This document shows positions 7,663-16,006 of a stretch of DNA of 64,000 bases, piece by piece. The stretch covers positions 68,878 to 132,877 of the forward strand of contig CAVTZS010000014.1 of NCBI GenBank assembly GCA_963739295.1. Reading direction: 5' to 3'. The position numbers and the translations under genes are program-made. Below the pieces are notes generated by a model. The model was not told the origin of the DNA. It did not search any database and saw only the letters and a list, made by a program, of their open reading frames with translations. The stretch is from an uncultured delta proteobacterium (GTDB taxonomy: Bacteria > Desulfobacterota > Desulfobaccia > Desulfobaccales > 0-14-0-80-60-11). Each line of letters opens with the position of its first letter. Position 1 is the stretch's first letter.

Positions 7663-9591
7663 CTATTGTTCCCAGATAATCTTGCCACAGTCTTTTAAAT
7701 CATAACCCCCCAGAGCCATGGCCGCGTCGGAAAATTCCCGGGAGCGGATAACCTCCAGCAAAGTCTGGAAGCGGAGGTCGGCGAAGGTGGTCTCCGGCAC
7801 CACCAGGTCGTAGCGCTCCGGAGTCAGGGGAATAAAATCCAGCCCCAGGGCTCGGGCCGCGGCCAGGATCCCCAGCCCCACGTCCGCGGTGCCGGAGTGC
7901 ACGTTAACCGCCACGGCCATGTGGGTATATTCTTCCCGCTCATAACCCTGGATGGCAGAGGGATCAAGGTTATGCTCCTTGAGCAGGTGATCCAGCAAGA
8001 GACGGGTGCCGGCCCCCCGCTGGCGGTTGATGAAGCGCACCTCGGGGCGGGTCAAATCCAGGATAGTCCGGATATTTTTGGGATTTCCCGGGGCCATCAT
8101 CAGACCCTGCTCTCGCCAGGCCAGATTTATCAGCTTAAGCGGCAGGCCGGGCAAATAGCGCTCAATGTAAGGGATGTTGTAATTAAGGGTTTCCGGATCC
8201 AGCATATGAGAGCCGCCCAGGTGGGCCCGGCCCTGGCGCAAGGCCATCAGGCCCCCCAAGCTGCCCACGTGCCCCGAGGACAGGCGCAAGCGGGGGTCCC
8301 GCCGGCGCAGCAGGGTGGCCAGGAGGTCCAGGGTATTGTCATGGCTCCCCAGGACCACCAGGGTGCCCTCGATGTCTTCCGGCGAAACCAGAAGTTCCGC
8401 AGGGACCGGCCGGTCCTCTTCCAGGCCCTCGCTCAAAGACGGCACGATGAGCAAGCCGTCGGCCCTGACCAGGGAGGTGATGATGCCGGCCCCCCGGGGC
8501 AAGGGAGTGGCCATGACCTTATCTCCCACCCGCCCCAGGGTCACTCGGATGAATTCGGTGAGGCCGCTCTTTGAGGGCAGGTTCTGAGCCGGATAAACCT
8601 CTAGAGTGGGCCGGGGCTTGAGGCGTTTCCCCGCCATCCCCGCGATCAGGGGCGCGGCGAACTGCTCAAAGGAGAGCACCGCGGATACCGGGTAGCCGGG
8701 GTTGCCGATCACCGGTTTGGCCTCCACTACCCCCAGGACCGTGGGCTTGCCGGGCATCATGGACACCCCGTGAACCAGAACCTCCCCCAGGGCGGACACC
8801 GCCTGGTAGGTATAATCCTCGGTGCCCGCGGAGGACCCGGCGTTGATGAGCACCAGGTCCGCTTCGGCCAGGGCCCTCTTGAGAGAGGCGGTGAGGACCC
8901 CGGGGTCGTCGGGGACGATGGGATAGACTTCCGGACGGCCTCCGGCTTCCTCCACCATACTGGACAGGATGACCGAATTGAATTCCGGCAACTGGCCCGC
9001 GGCTGGTTCCCCGTCCAGGTAGGCCACCGGCACCAACTCGTCTCCGGTGGGAATAATCACCACCCTGGGGAGGCGGCGCACCCAGATCCGGGTCACCCCG
9101 GCGGTCAATAAAGCACCCTGAGCCCAGGGGGTGACCTCCACGCCCTCCGGAAGCACCATCTCCCCCACCACCAGGTCCTCGCCCACCCGGCGCACGTGCT
9201 GCCAAGGGAAAACCGGGGCCTCTATCGTGATGGGGTCCGCCTCGGGGTCCGGGACCTGTTCCACCATGATCACCGCGTCGGTCCCCGGAGGCATGAGATG
9301 ACCGGTATTGACCGGAAAGGCCTCCCGGCCCAGGGCCAGGCGTCGGGGGGTTTCTGGGGTGGCCCCGAAGGTGGCCGCGGCGTTCAGAGCGAAGCCATCC
9401 ATGGCGGCCTGATGGGCCGCGGGCGAGGACCACCGGGCGATGACCGGCGCCGCGGTCACCCGGCCCAAAGCTTCGACCGTGGGAATCTCCTCGGGAGCCA
9501 GCATGGTTTTTACATCAAACCGGGAGAAAAAGAGCTCCCGGGCCTCCTCCAGGGACTTCATCTGCAAGTAAATCCGCCGTTTCATGGGCAT
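7663..9591 (-). CDS. moeA: Molybdopterin molybdotransferase MoeA fused to a C-terminal PBP-like domain
   Basis: MoeA N, MoCF-biosynthesis and MoeA C regions (..INAGSSAGTEDYT.., SMMPGKPTVLG) followed by about 240 aa of periplasmic-binding-protein-like fold. Start trimmed to MPMKRR (9591) because the longer ORF runs into a repeat hairpin. Confidence 0.85.
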   Translation of the reverse strand: MPMKRRIYLQMKSLEEARELFFSRFDVKTMLAPEEIPTVEALGRVTAAPVIARWSSPAAHQAAMDGFALNAAATFGATPETPRRLALGREAFPVNTGHLMPPGTDAVIMVEQVPDPEADPITIEAPVFPWQHVRRVGEDLVVGEMVLPEGVEVTPWAQGALLTAGVTRIWVRRLPRVVIIPTGDELVPVAYLDGEPAAGQLPEFNSVILSSMVEEAGGRPEVYPIVPDDPGVLTASLKRALAEADLVLINAGSSAGTEDYTYQAVSALGEVLVHGVSMMPGKPTVLGVVEAKPVIGNPGYPVSAVLSFEQFAAPLIAGMAGKRLKPRPTLEVYPAQNLPSKSGLTEFIRVTLGRVGDKVMATPLPRGAGIITSLVRADGLLIVPSLSEGLEEDRPVPAELLVSPEDIEGTLVVLGSHDNTLDLLATLLRRRDPRLRLSSGHVGSLGGLMALRQGRAHLGGSHMLDPETLNYNIPYIERYLPGLPLKLINLAWREQGLMMAPGNPKNIRTILDLTRPEVRFINRQRGAGTRLLLDHLLKEHNLDPSAIQGYEREEYTHMAVAVNVHSGTADVGLGILAAARALGLDFIPLTPERYDLVVPETTFADLRFQTLLEVIRSREFSDAAMALGGYDLKDCGKIIWEQ

Positions 9592-9606
9592 CCTTTGCGT
9601 GTATTT

Positions 9607-9794
9607 GTGGGGGGAGGGCCAGGGACCTGAGGTCCCTGCCCTCCCCCCACACCCCCCTCCCAACCCGCTTAAGTTGGCCGGAGGAGTCGGGGCCTTGCCC
9701 CGCCTCCTCCGGCCCAGGATTAAACTTAAGGGATTGGGGGAGGGGGTATGGGGGAGGGGGTAAGGGCCTACTGGCCCTTAGCCCCCTCCCCCAA
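9607..9794. repeat. Complete G-rich mosaic element (B hairpin, arm C, central hairpin, arm C', A hairpin)
   Basis: Fills the whole hyuB-moeA gap. B is ggggagggccagggacctgaggtccctgccctcccc. The arms ccacacccccctcccaacccgcttaagtt and aacttaagggattgggggagggggtatggggg are inverted complements. The central hairpin is ggccggaggag..ctcctccggcc. A is gggggagggggtaagggcc-tact-ggcccttagccccctccccc. Confidence 0.9.
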
Positions 9795-9808
9795 CTATAT
9801 CCGCACCA

Positions 9809-11363
9809 TCACTCGCCCCAGCCGCCACCGCCGGGGGTGCGGATGGATAGGCGGCTGCCTGGGGGAAGAGTCAGGTTGATCTTACCAGGCAAGAATTTTT
9901 CGCCTTCATTGGTGATAAGGAGATTTTCCCCCGGCGCGCCGGGCCGTCCGCCTTGGAGGCCGTAGGGCGCATGACGCCGGCGGTCACAGAGCAGGCTAAC
10001 GGTTACCGGGGTAAGGAATTGCAAGTCTCGAATGAGGCCCAGGCCCCCAGGGAAGCGGCCGGCCCCGCCGGAGCCGGCCCGCAAGGCGTAGCGGGTGACC
10101 AGGAGCGGGTAGTCGTGCTCCAGGACCTCCACCGGGGTATTCTGGGTATTGGTCATGTGAGTGTGGACGCCGGAAAGGCCAGGCGCACCCGGCCGGCCCC
10201 CCATGCCGCCGCCGATGGTTTCATAATAGGTAAATTCCTGGCCACTGTTAGGGTGCACGCCTCCAAAGGCCACATTATTCATAGTGCCCTGGGAGGCCGC
10301 GGGAATCCGGTCAGGAATGGCCTGGGCCATGGCCCCCAAAATCACGTCCACCAAACGCTGGGAGGTCTCCACATTGCCTGCCGCCACCGGGGCCGGGAAA
10401 TGGGGGTCCAGGAGGCTGCCGGGCCGGGTGAGCACCTTGAGAGGCCGGAAACAACCCTGATTGATGGGGTATTCCTCGGCCAGAAGGGTCAAAAAAACAT
10501 AATAAACCGCGGCCTCCACCACCCCGGGCACGGCATTGACCCCGCCGGTGGTCTGGTCGTCGCTCTCCCGGAAGTCCAGGAGGGCCGAGTCACCGGCGAT
10601 GGTAAGGGTAACTTTGAGGGCCAGGTCCTGGTGGCCAAAGCCGTCATCGTCCAGATAATCCGTAAAGCTGTAGTCGCCGTCGGGAATGGCATAGATCAGA
10701 TCCCGCATGGCCCGCTCGGAATAGTGGAGCAAGGCCTGACTCATGTCAAGGAGCTTGTCGAGACCATAGCGGGCCACCAGGGGCGGGAGGCGCTCCTGGC
10801 CCCGGTTAAGCGCCGCCAACTGGGCGGAGAGGTCGCCCCGGCGTTCCTGGGGCACTCGCATCTGGTTAAGCAAACTACTTAGAAAATCTTCATCCAGCCG
10901 ACCCTGGCGATACAGGTAAGTGGGCGGGATGATTACTCCTTCGTCCCGGAGATCCCGGGCCAGGGGCATGGAACCGGGAGTCGCGCCCCCCACGTCCGCG
11001 TGATGGGCCCGGTTGACCAGATAAAAGGCCAGGCGCCTCCCCACATAGACCGGCGCCAGGACCGTCAGGTCCGGCAGGTGGGTGCCGCCCCAATAAGGGT
11101 CGTTGAGGAGCAGCACCTCCCCCGGGGCCAGGGGAAATTGCGGCAAAACCTGCTCTTAGGGTGCGAGGCAGGGCCCCCAGGTGAACCGGGATATGAGCCG
11201 CCTGAGCCAGGAGTTCCCCGGCGGCGGTGCAGATGGCGCAGGAATAGTCCCGGCGCTCCTTGATATTGGGGGAAAAGGCGCTTTGGCGCAGCACTATTCC
11301 CATCTCTTCCGCCACCCCGGCGAAGAGCTTGCTAAAAATGGTGAGCTCCAGGGCAATGGACAT
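9809..11363 (-). pseudogene. hyuB: Hydantoinase B / oxoprolinase (HyuB family), frameshifted, no hyuA neighbour
   Basis: Track ORFs 10890..11363 (N-terminus ..FSPNIKERRDYSCAI..AQAAHIPVHLGALP) and 9809..11146 (..PGEVLLLNDPYWGGTHLPD..) are colinear with one HyuB. One extra base at the plus-strand cc 11149-11150 separates the frames. Confidence 0.8.
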
Positions 11364-11423
11364 AAAATTACTTTCTTACCATCTTATGATATAAATTCAT
11401 TGGGTTACACGAGAACTGGCCGA

Positions 11424-12320
11424 TTAATGGGGATAAAAGGGGTGTTCAAATAGCATATTTATGAACGCTTTTTTAAATGGAGTCAGAACTTTATCCTTTC
11501 TTATAACTATAGCAATGTAATCAGTCTTAAAATAATGATTTAAAGGAATGAATTCCAGATTTCTTTGTTGTATTATCGGTAAATCCCTCACCAGAGTAGC
11601 AAAAGATATACCAAGGCCCATGCCCACATAGACTGAGCTCAATTCGACATTGGATGATTCCATGATGACATGGTAATTAAGGCCAAGTTTTTGGAAATGA
11701 TCTTCTAACCTTTGGCGGCCGCTATGACTTTTAGGTGGGAAGATAAGCGGAAATTTGGCGATCTGTCTCATCGTAACCCGCTTTAACTTGGTCAAGGGAT
11801 GGCCTAAAGGGGTCATAAGTACGGTTCTTACCTCTTTCCAACGAATGGCCGCCAGATCCTTGGGGACGGCTGATTCTAAGGTCAGGCCGAAGTCAATATC
11901 ACCGCTCTTGACCAGGGTGATAACCTCCGGCTGCGAGCGGTCCAGCATAGTCAGCTCGACCCCGGGAAATTGTTGGGTGTAGATTTTCACCACGTTAGGG
12001 AAAAGATGGTAAAGGGTGGTGAAGGGTGCGGCCACTAGTAATCGGCCTTTTTGTAGCCCTTTAATTTCGTTCAGCTCTTCTTTAAGGTAGTCAAATCTTT
12101 CCAACAGGGTTTCCGAGAATTTAAGAAGCTTTTCCCCGGCGGGGGTAATCCGCACCCTCCGTTTGCCTATCCTCTCAAACAGCTGACAGTCCAGTTCTTC
12201 TTCCAGGGCCTTAACTTGCTGGCTCAGGGCGGATTGGGTGCGAAAGGTTACCTCGGCCGCCTTAGTGAAACTCCCCAGCTTAGCAACCTGGTAAAATCCC
12301 AAGATTTGTTGCCAATCCAT
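11424..12320 (-). CDS. LysR-family transcriptional regulator
   Basis: 298 aa. N-terminal wHTH (FTKAAEVTFRTQSALSQQVKALEEEL..LFER) plus a LysR substrate-binding domain. The gene is visibly AT-rich. Confidence 0.9.
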   Translation of the reverse strand: MDWQQILGFYQVAKLGSFTKAAEVTFRTQSALSQQVKALEEELDCQLFERIGKRRVRITPAGEKLLKFSETLLERFDYLKEELNEIKGLQKGRLLVAAPFTTLYHLFPNVVKIYTQQFPGVELTMLDRSQPEVITLVKSGDIDFGLTLESAVPKDLAAIRWKEVRTVLMTPLGHPLTKLKRVTMRQIAKFPLIFPPKSHSGRQRLEDHFQKLGLNYHVIMESSNVELSSVYVGMGLGISFATLVRDLPIIQQRNLEFIPLNHYFKTDYIAIVIRKDKVLTPFKKAFINMLFEHPFYPH

Positions 12321-12424
12321 AAATAATATTAATTAATAATATTAATATAATTAATTTTACTTATAATTATTTTTATCAGATTATTTAGACAAAAACAAGA
12401 TAAGTTTCAAATTGGAGGCGCACT
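12321..12424. promoter_or_regulatory. AT-rich divergent control region with near-palindromic taatattaattaataatatta tract
   Basis: 104-bp, almost pure A/T gap between the divergent LysR and thioesterase genes. The dyad-like tract is a candidate LysR box (T-N11-A type). Inference only. Confidence 0.3.
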
Positions 12425-12847
12425 ATGAAAGATTCCCTGCAGCCTGGTTTAAACTTTCAGTTTGAATTTCCGGTAGTGGAAAACAAGACCTGCCCTTACC
12501 TGCTGCCGGAGTCGGAGGAATTTCAGCTGATGCCCAGAGTCTTGGCCACCGGATTCATGGTGGGGCTCATTGAATGGGCCTGCATTAAGGCCCTCAATCC
12601 CCATCTGGATTGGCCCAGAGAGCAAACCGTGGGCATTGCGGTAAGGCTAAACCATGTGGCCGCCACCCCCCCTGGCCTTACGGTTACCGTGAGGGGGAAA
12701 TTGGAGAAGGTTGAAGGCCGGAAGCTAACCTTCGCCATAGTAGCCGATGATGGCGTGGACCAGATCTCTGAAGGGGTTCATGAGAGATTCGTAATCGACG
12801 CCGCAAAGTTCAATGCCAAGGCCGCGGCCAAGATGGGCCAGGCCTGA
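12425..12847 (+). CDS. Hotdog-fold thioesterase (FlK-like family)
   Basis: 140 aa. The VLATGFMVGLIEWACIKAL .. HVAATPPGLTVTVRGKLEKVEGRKLTF .. EGVHERFVID pattern matches FlK-type thioesterases. Confidence 0.75.
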   Translation: MKDSLQPGLNFQFEFPVVENKTCPYLLPESEEFQLMPRVLATGFMVGLIEWACIKALNPHLDWPREQTVGIAVRLNHVAATPPGLTVTVRGKLEKVEGRKLTFAIVADDGVDQISEGVHERFVIDAAKFNAKAAAKMGQA

Positions 12848-12855
12848 TTAAGGGC

Positions 12856-12955
12856 GTGGGTTGGGGAGAGGGGACCGTTCCCTCGCGTCTCCTTAAAACC
12901 CCATACTTAAGAGGCTGGGGAGGGGGAAAGGGATGGGGGGCCTGTCCCCCTTCCC
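12856..12955. repeat. G-rich mosaic element (degenerate)
   Basis: gtgggttggggagagggg .. cttaagaggctggggagggggaaagggatggggggcctgtcccccttcccc, directly after the thioesterase stop. Confidence 0.6.
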
Positions 12956-13094
12956 CATCAGTTATACCGTCAAGAATATTCCTTGGGGATTATGGGCTGA
13001 CGCCTAAGAGAATTTTAATGGATTTGCAGGCAACTAATTGATATAACTAGCTAAGATCGGCAAGAGAGGGTCGGGAAAAAGGGAATAAAATTAT

Positions 13095-14597
13095 ATGGAT
13101 ACGATAAAAATCGGCTTTGTCGGGACGGACGGTAGAAGTTTTCTGGCCGCCCTGGAGACCAGCCGAGCCACCAGCGAGTTTTATCCTGGCGCCTATCAGG
13201 GCCTGGTGGTCAGGGGCACAGGAGCCATGCCCGCCTTCGCAGTGAAAATGGGGTGGCCCGTGGGTTTTATCCCGGTGGCGGATAATTCCGTGGCAGCTTA
13301 TGCCTCCGCCCTGATAAATGCCTTTAAGCAGGAAGCCCTGGATATCGCCCTGATTATGCCGGAAGCCTTAATTTTCGAGGGCTTGGTAGATATCGTCGCC
13401 GAAGCCGGGTATGGGGATAAAATCATAAGTTTAGATAAACAAGGCTCTTTCCTGGAGGCTGATAAAATTGCCGGGAAACGATTGTGCCGGGAGGCTGGCA
13501 TCCCGGTGGCCCCTAAATGGACCGACCTGGACGCCCGGGATTATCAGGCCGTATTGGAGGTAAGTTTGGATTTTATTCATGAATTCGGCGGGGTAGTCCT
13601 GAAATATCCTTATAGCGCCGGGGGCAAAGGAGCCAGGATTATTTTAAATACCTGGGAGATAAAGGACACCTATGCTGGGTTAATTAATGATTATAAGGAG
13701 GATTACCTCCGCTTTTTTGGCAAAAAGTCTCCCTGGCCCCTGCTTATCGAAGCCCGCATGTCCGGGGTGGAGATCAGCTTTACCATCTTGGTGGATAAGA
13801 AGGGAAATTATCAAATCCTGCCCACGGCTCTGGACTACCCGGAGAGATTTGAGGGCCCCCCCGGCATGGACAATCCTATTACCGGCGGCATGGGCTCAGT
13901 CTCCCCCCATCCCATGGAGTCCCCCCAATTAATGGCCCTGGCTGAAGAGGTCCTGGCCAAACCTTTGGTTAAGGCGATGCAGGAAAAGGGCATAATGCGC
14001 CCCTGCGTCCTGTACCCCGGCTGTTTCGTGTCGTTTGCCGATAACCTCCAGCCCAAAGCTATCCGGGTCTGTGAGATTAACATCCGCCCGGGAGAGCCGG
14101 AATTTCAGCCCATCGTCAAGAGGCTGCGCAATTTGGGAGCGCTGCTCCAGGCCATGGTGGAGGGCAACCTGGATCAAGTAACTCCCGAGGTAAGAACCGA
14201 GCAAATCTCCCTGTGCATTGCTCTGGCCACCGGGCCCGGCGGGCCCCAGCAGCAAAAAGGCTATCCCTGGTCCTTAACTAAGGGAGAGGTGTTGGAGATT
14301 GACTTCGATTATTTTAGAAAAAAGAACATTACGGTAATTCCCTCGGCCATGGACTACTCGGGGGATGGATCTTTCAAATCCGATGGGTCCCGGGTCGCTT
14401 ATCTGGTGGCCAATGCCTCGGTTAAGGAAGATCAGCCCAGAGGGCAGGTGGTGGAGCCTCTCCGGCACCGGCTGCTCAACGCCTTCGATAACGGGAAGAT
14501 CCGGGTGATTCCCCGGGAAAATGAGAAAGGCAACCGCCTGGCCTTAAGGAGAGATATCGGTCTGCATTATAAAAAAGCGGAATTATTGGCATCTTAA
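13095..14597 (+). CDS. Divergent PurD-like ATP-grasp ligase (phosphoribosylamine-glycine ligase homologue)
   Basis: 500 aa, colinear with PurD over its full length: PEALIFEGLVD, SAGGKGARII, ALDYPERFEGPPGMDNPITGGMGSVSP (PurD has DHKR..GPNTGGMGAYSP), EINIRPGEPEFQP. Many otherwise conserved positions are changed. Confidence 0.7.
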   Translation: MDTIKIGFVGTDGRSFLAALETSRATSEFYPGAYQGLVVRGTGAMPAFAVKMGWPVGFIPVADNSVAAYASALINAFKQEALDIALIMPEALIFEGLVDIVAEAGYGDKIISLDKQGSFLEADKIAGKRLCREAGIPVAPKWTDLDARDYQAVLEVSLDFIHEFGGVVLKYPYSAGGKGARIILNTWEIKDTYAGLINDYKEDYLRFFGKKSPWPLLIEARMSGVEISFTILVDKKGNYQILPTALDYPERFEGPPGMDNPITGGMGSVSPHPMESPQLMALAEEVLAKPLVKAMQEKGIMRPCVLYPGCFVSFADNLQPKAIRVCEINIRPGEPEFQPIVKRLRNLGALLQAMVEGNLDQVTPEVRTEQISLCIALATGPGGPQQQKGYPWSLTKGEVLEIDFDYFRKKNITVIPSAMDYSGDGSFKSDGSRVAYLVANASVKEDQPRGQVVEPLRHRLLNAFDNGKIRVIPRENEKGNRLALRRDIGLHYKKAELLAS

Positions 14598-14612
14598 CGA
14601 GTTTTGGGAAAG

Positions 14613-14655
14613 AGGTGGGGGGGTAGGGACCTTAAGCCCCTGACCTCCCACGCCG
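14613..14655. repeat. B-type hairpin module (degenerate)
   Basis: gggggggtagggaccttaagcccctgacctccc lies between two convergent genes. Confidence 0.5.
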
Positions 14656-14662
14656 CACCTCC

Positions 14663-15031
14663 TCACTGCACCTGGAAATCCCTGGGGTCCACCTGAAATT
14701 TCAAGGCCGCCGGCCGGTTAGTCTTATCAATATATAGGTTCCACATATCCCGCAGATCCTGGATAGCCTGTTTTACATCCAACTCCAGCCCTTGAGCCCG
14801 CAACTGCCCTAGGCAGTAATAAAGTTCATTGAGCAGGCGAATCTGGGTGATGCTCACCAGTTGGTCATAATCCCCGGGCTCCAGGGCCGCAATGTCCAGG
14901 GTCTCAATTTCCGACAACTCATAGAGGATTTCCTCGGAGATCCCGGTCAGCATGTCCTGGTAATAGTTAGGGCCGCTCAGGTCCAGGATACGGCCCCGGC
15001 TCATGGTGATATTTTCTTTAGGGCGAGCCAT
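14663..15031 (-). CDS. Hypothetical protein, translationally coupled to the IMP cyclohydrolase gene
   Basis: 122-aa ORF. Its ATG (15031..15029) overlaps the upstream TAA (15033..15031) as TAATG. No family recognised. Confidence 0.5.
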   Translation of the reverse strand: MARPKENITMSRGRILDLSGPNYYQDMLTGISEEILYELSEIETLDIAALEPGDYDQLVSITQIRLLNELYYCLGQLRAQGLELDVKQAIQDLRDMWNLYIDKTNRPAALKFQVDPRDFQVQ

Positions 15032-15630
15032 TATTTCACCTCAACTTTTTCCAGAAAGCGGTATATAGCCCCATCGTATTCCGAGGTAAGCTTAAAGACC
15101 TTGCGGGCCAGATGAAAGCGGGTGGCCAGGGTGGTGGCGCCCCCCTGGGCGGCCATCTCTTTCAGCACCAACTGATAGTCCGCGGGATCCACCACCACCG
15201 TCACCGCCGGATAATTTTTGGCCGCGGCCCTGAGCAGGGTGGGGCCGCCGATATCGATGTTTTCGATGGCCTCTTCCAGGGTGCAGCCTTCCTTGGCCGT
15301 GGCTTTTTCGAATTGGTAGAGGTTTACCACCACCAGATCAATGTCCTGGATTTGGTGCCGGGCCATCTGCTGGCGATGCTCGGAAAGATCCCGGCGTCCC
15401 AGGATACCGCCATGGATGCGGGGATGGAGAGTCTTTACCCGGCCATCCAACATCTCGGGAAAGCCGGTGTAGTCCGAGACCTCCACTACGGGCACGCCTC
15501 CCTCTCGCAGCATCTTGGCGGTGCCGCCGGTAGAGAGGATTTCTACCTTAAACCGGGCCAGGGATTGGCCAAACTCGACTAAGCCGCTTTTATCCGTGAC
15601 GCTGATCAAGGCCCGAGAGATGGGCGTCAT
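15031..15630 (-). CDS. purH: Stand-alone IMP cyclohydrolase (MGS-like N-terminal domain of PurH only)
   Basis: 199 aa. [46 protein letters not shown] and [15 protein letters not shown] match the PurH IMPCH domain. The AICARFT domain is absent. Confidence 0.85.
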   Translation of the reverse strand: MTPISRALISVTDKSGLVEFGQSLARFKVEILSTGGTAKMLREGGVPVVEVSDYTGFPEMLDGRVKTLHPRIHGGILGRRDLSEHRQQMARHQIQDIDLVVVNLYQFEKATAKEGCTLEEAIENIDIGGPTLLRAAAKNYPAVTVVVDPADYQLVLKEMAAQGGATTLATRFHLARKVFKLTSEYDGAIYRFLEKVEVK

Positions 15631-15950
15631 TACTTAACCTCCTTAACCTTAAACTGGCGCTAGCCATTTTTCCCGCCTCGCCCATCGGCATTCCCGTATT
15701 AAGGGTAAGGGCAGAGGGTGGAGAAGATTTTACCACCCCCTCCATTCTACTTGCGAGGTAAAGGAAGGGAGTCCGGACAAAAACTACTATATGACCAAAA
15801 TTTATGCAAGCCTGGAAATCTCGGCGACCTTGCTGCGGTGCGGCTGGCAGTACCCGGTAGGATGAAGCCTGGGCTCAGTAGCGTGGAGGCGCCAAACCGC
15901 CTCGGCTAAGGCCCCGATAAGCCAGCCCTCTCGATGGGGTTAGCACCATA

Positions 15951-16004
15951 AGGGAGGTAGGAGAAGGGTTAAGGGGAGGGTATGAGGGGGACTCTTCGCC
16001 CCCA
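15951..16004. repeat. G-rich element fragment
   Basis: agggaggtaggagaagggttaaggggagggtatgagggggactcttcgccccc. Confidence 0.45.
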
Positions 16005-16006
16005 GC

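Noticed and set aside
9592-9663. Longer N-terminus of MoeA (MGGGCGGRAGTSGPWPSPHKYTQR..)
   Set aside because: The extension is encoded by the B-type repeat hairpin. MoeA similarity begins after MPMKRR. Similar repeat- or overlap-derived extensions were trimmed for the RND pump (48443-48574), the NodT lipoprotein (51360-51410), the kinase (22932-23168), TolC (25431-25487), panC, metK, plsY and DUF134.
11140-11160. Programmed ribosomal frameshift in hyuB (and in rubrerythrin at 6114-6126)
   Set aside because: Both require a +1 shift. There is no prfB-like stop-codon context, no X XXY YYZ slippery heptamer in the correct frame and no obvious downstream stimulator. A mutation or homopolymer sequencing error is simpler.
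15760-15960. Possible RNase P or SRP RNA fragments (ggaagggagtccggac; cccggtaggatgaagcctggg)
   Set aside because: The matches to the GAGGAAAGUCCGGGC and GGAAGCAGCC cores are imperfect. The surrounding sequence lacks the rest of either RNA, and the length is incompatible with RNase P RNA.
15631-16006. ZTP (pfl) riboswitch or other purine-related riboswitch upstream of the IMP cyclohydrolase gene
   Set aside because: I read the minus strand for the conserved ACUGGCG .. CCGGGC .. CCGCCUGGGC elements. Only scattered partial matches are present, some on the wrong strand. An Infernal scan would be needed to be sure.
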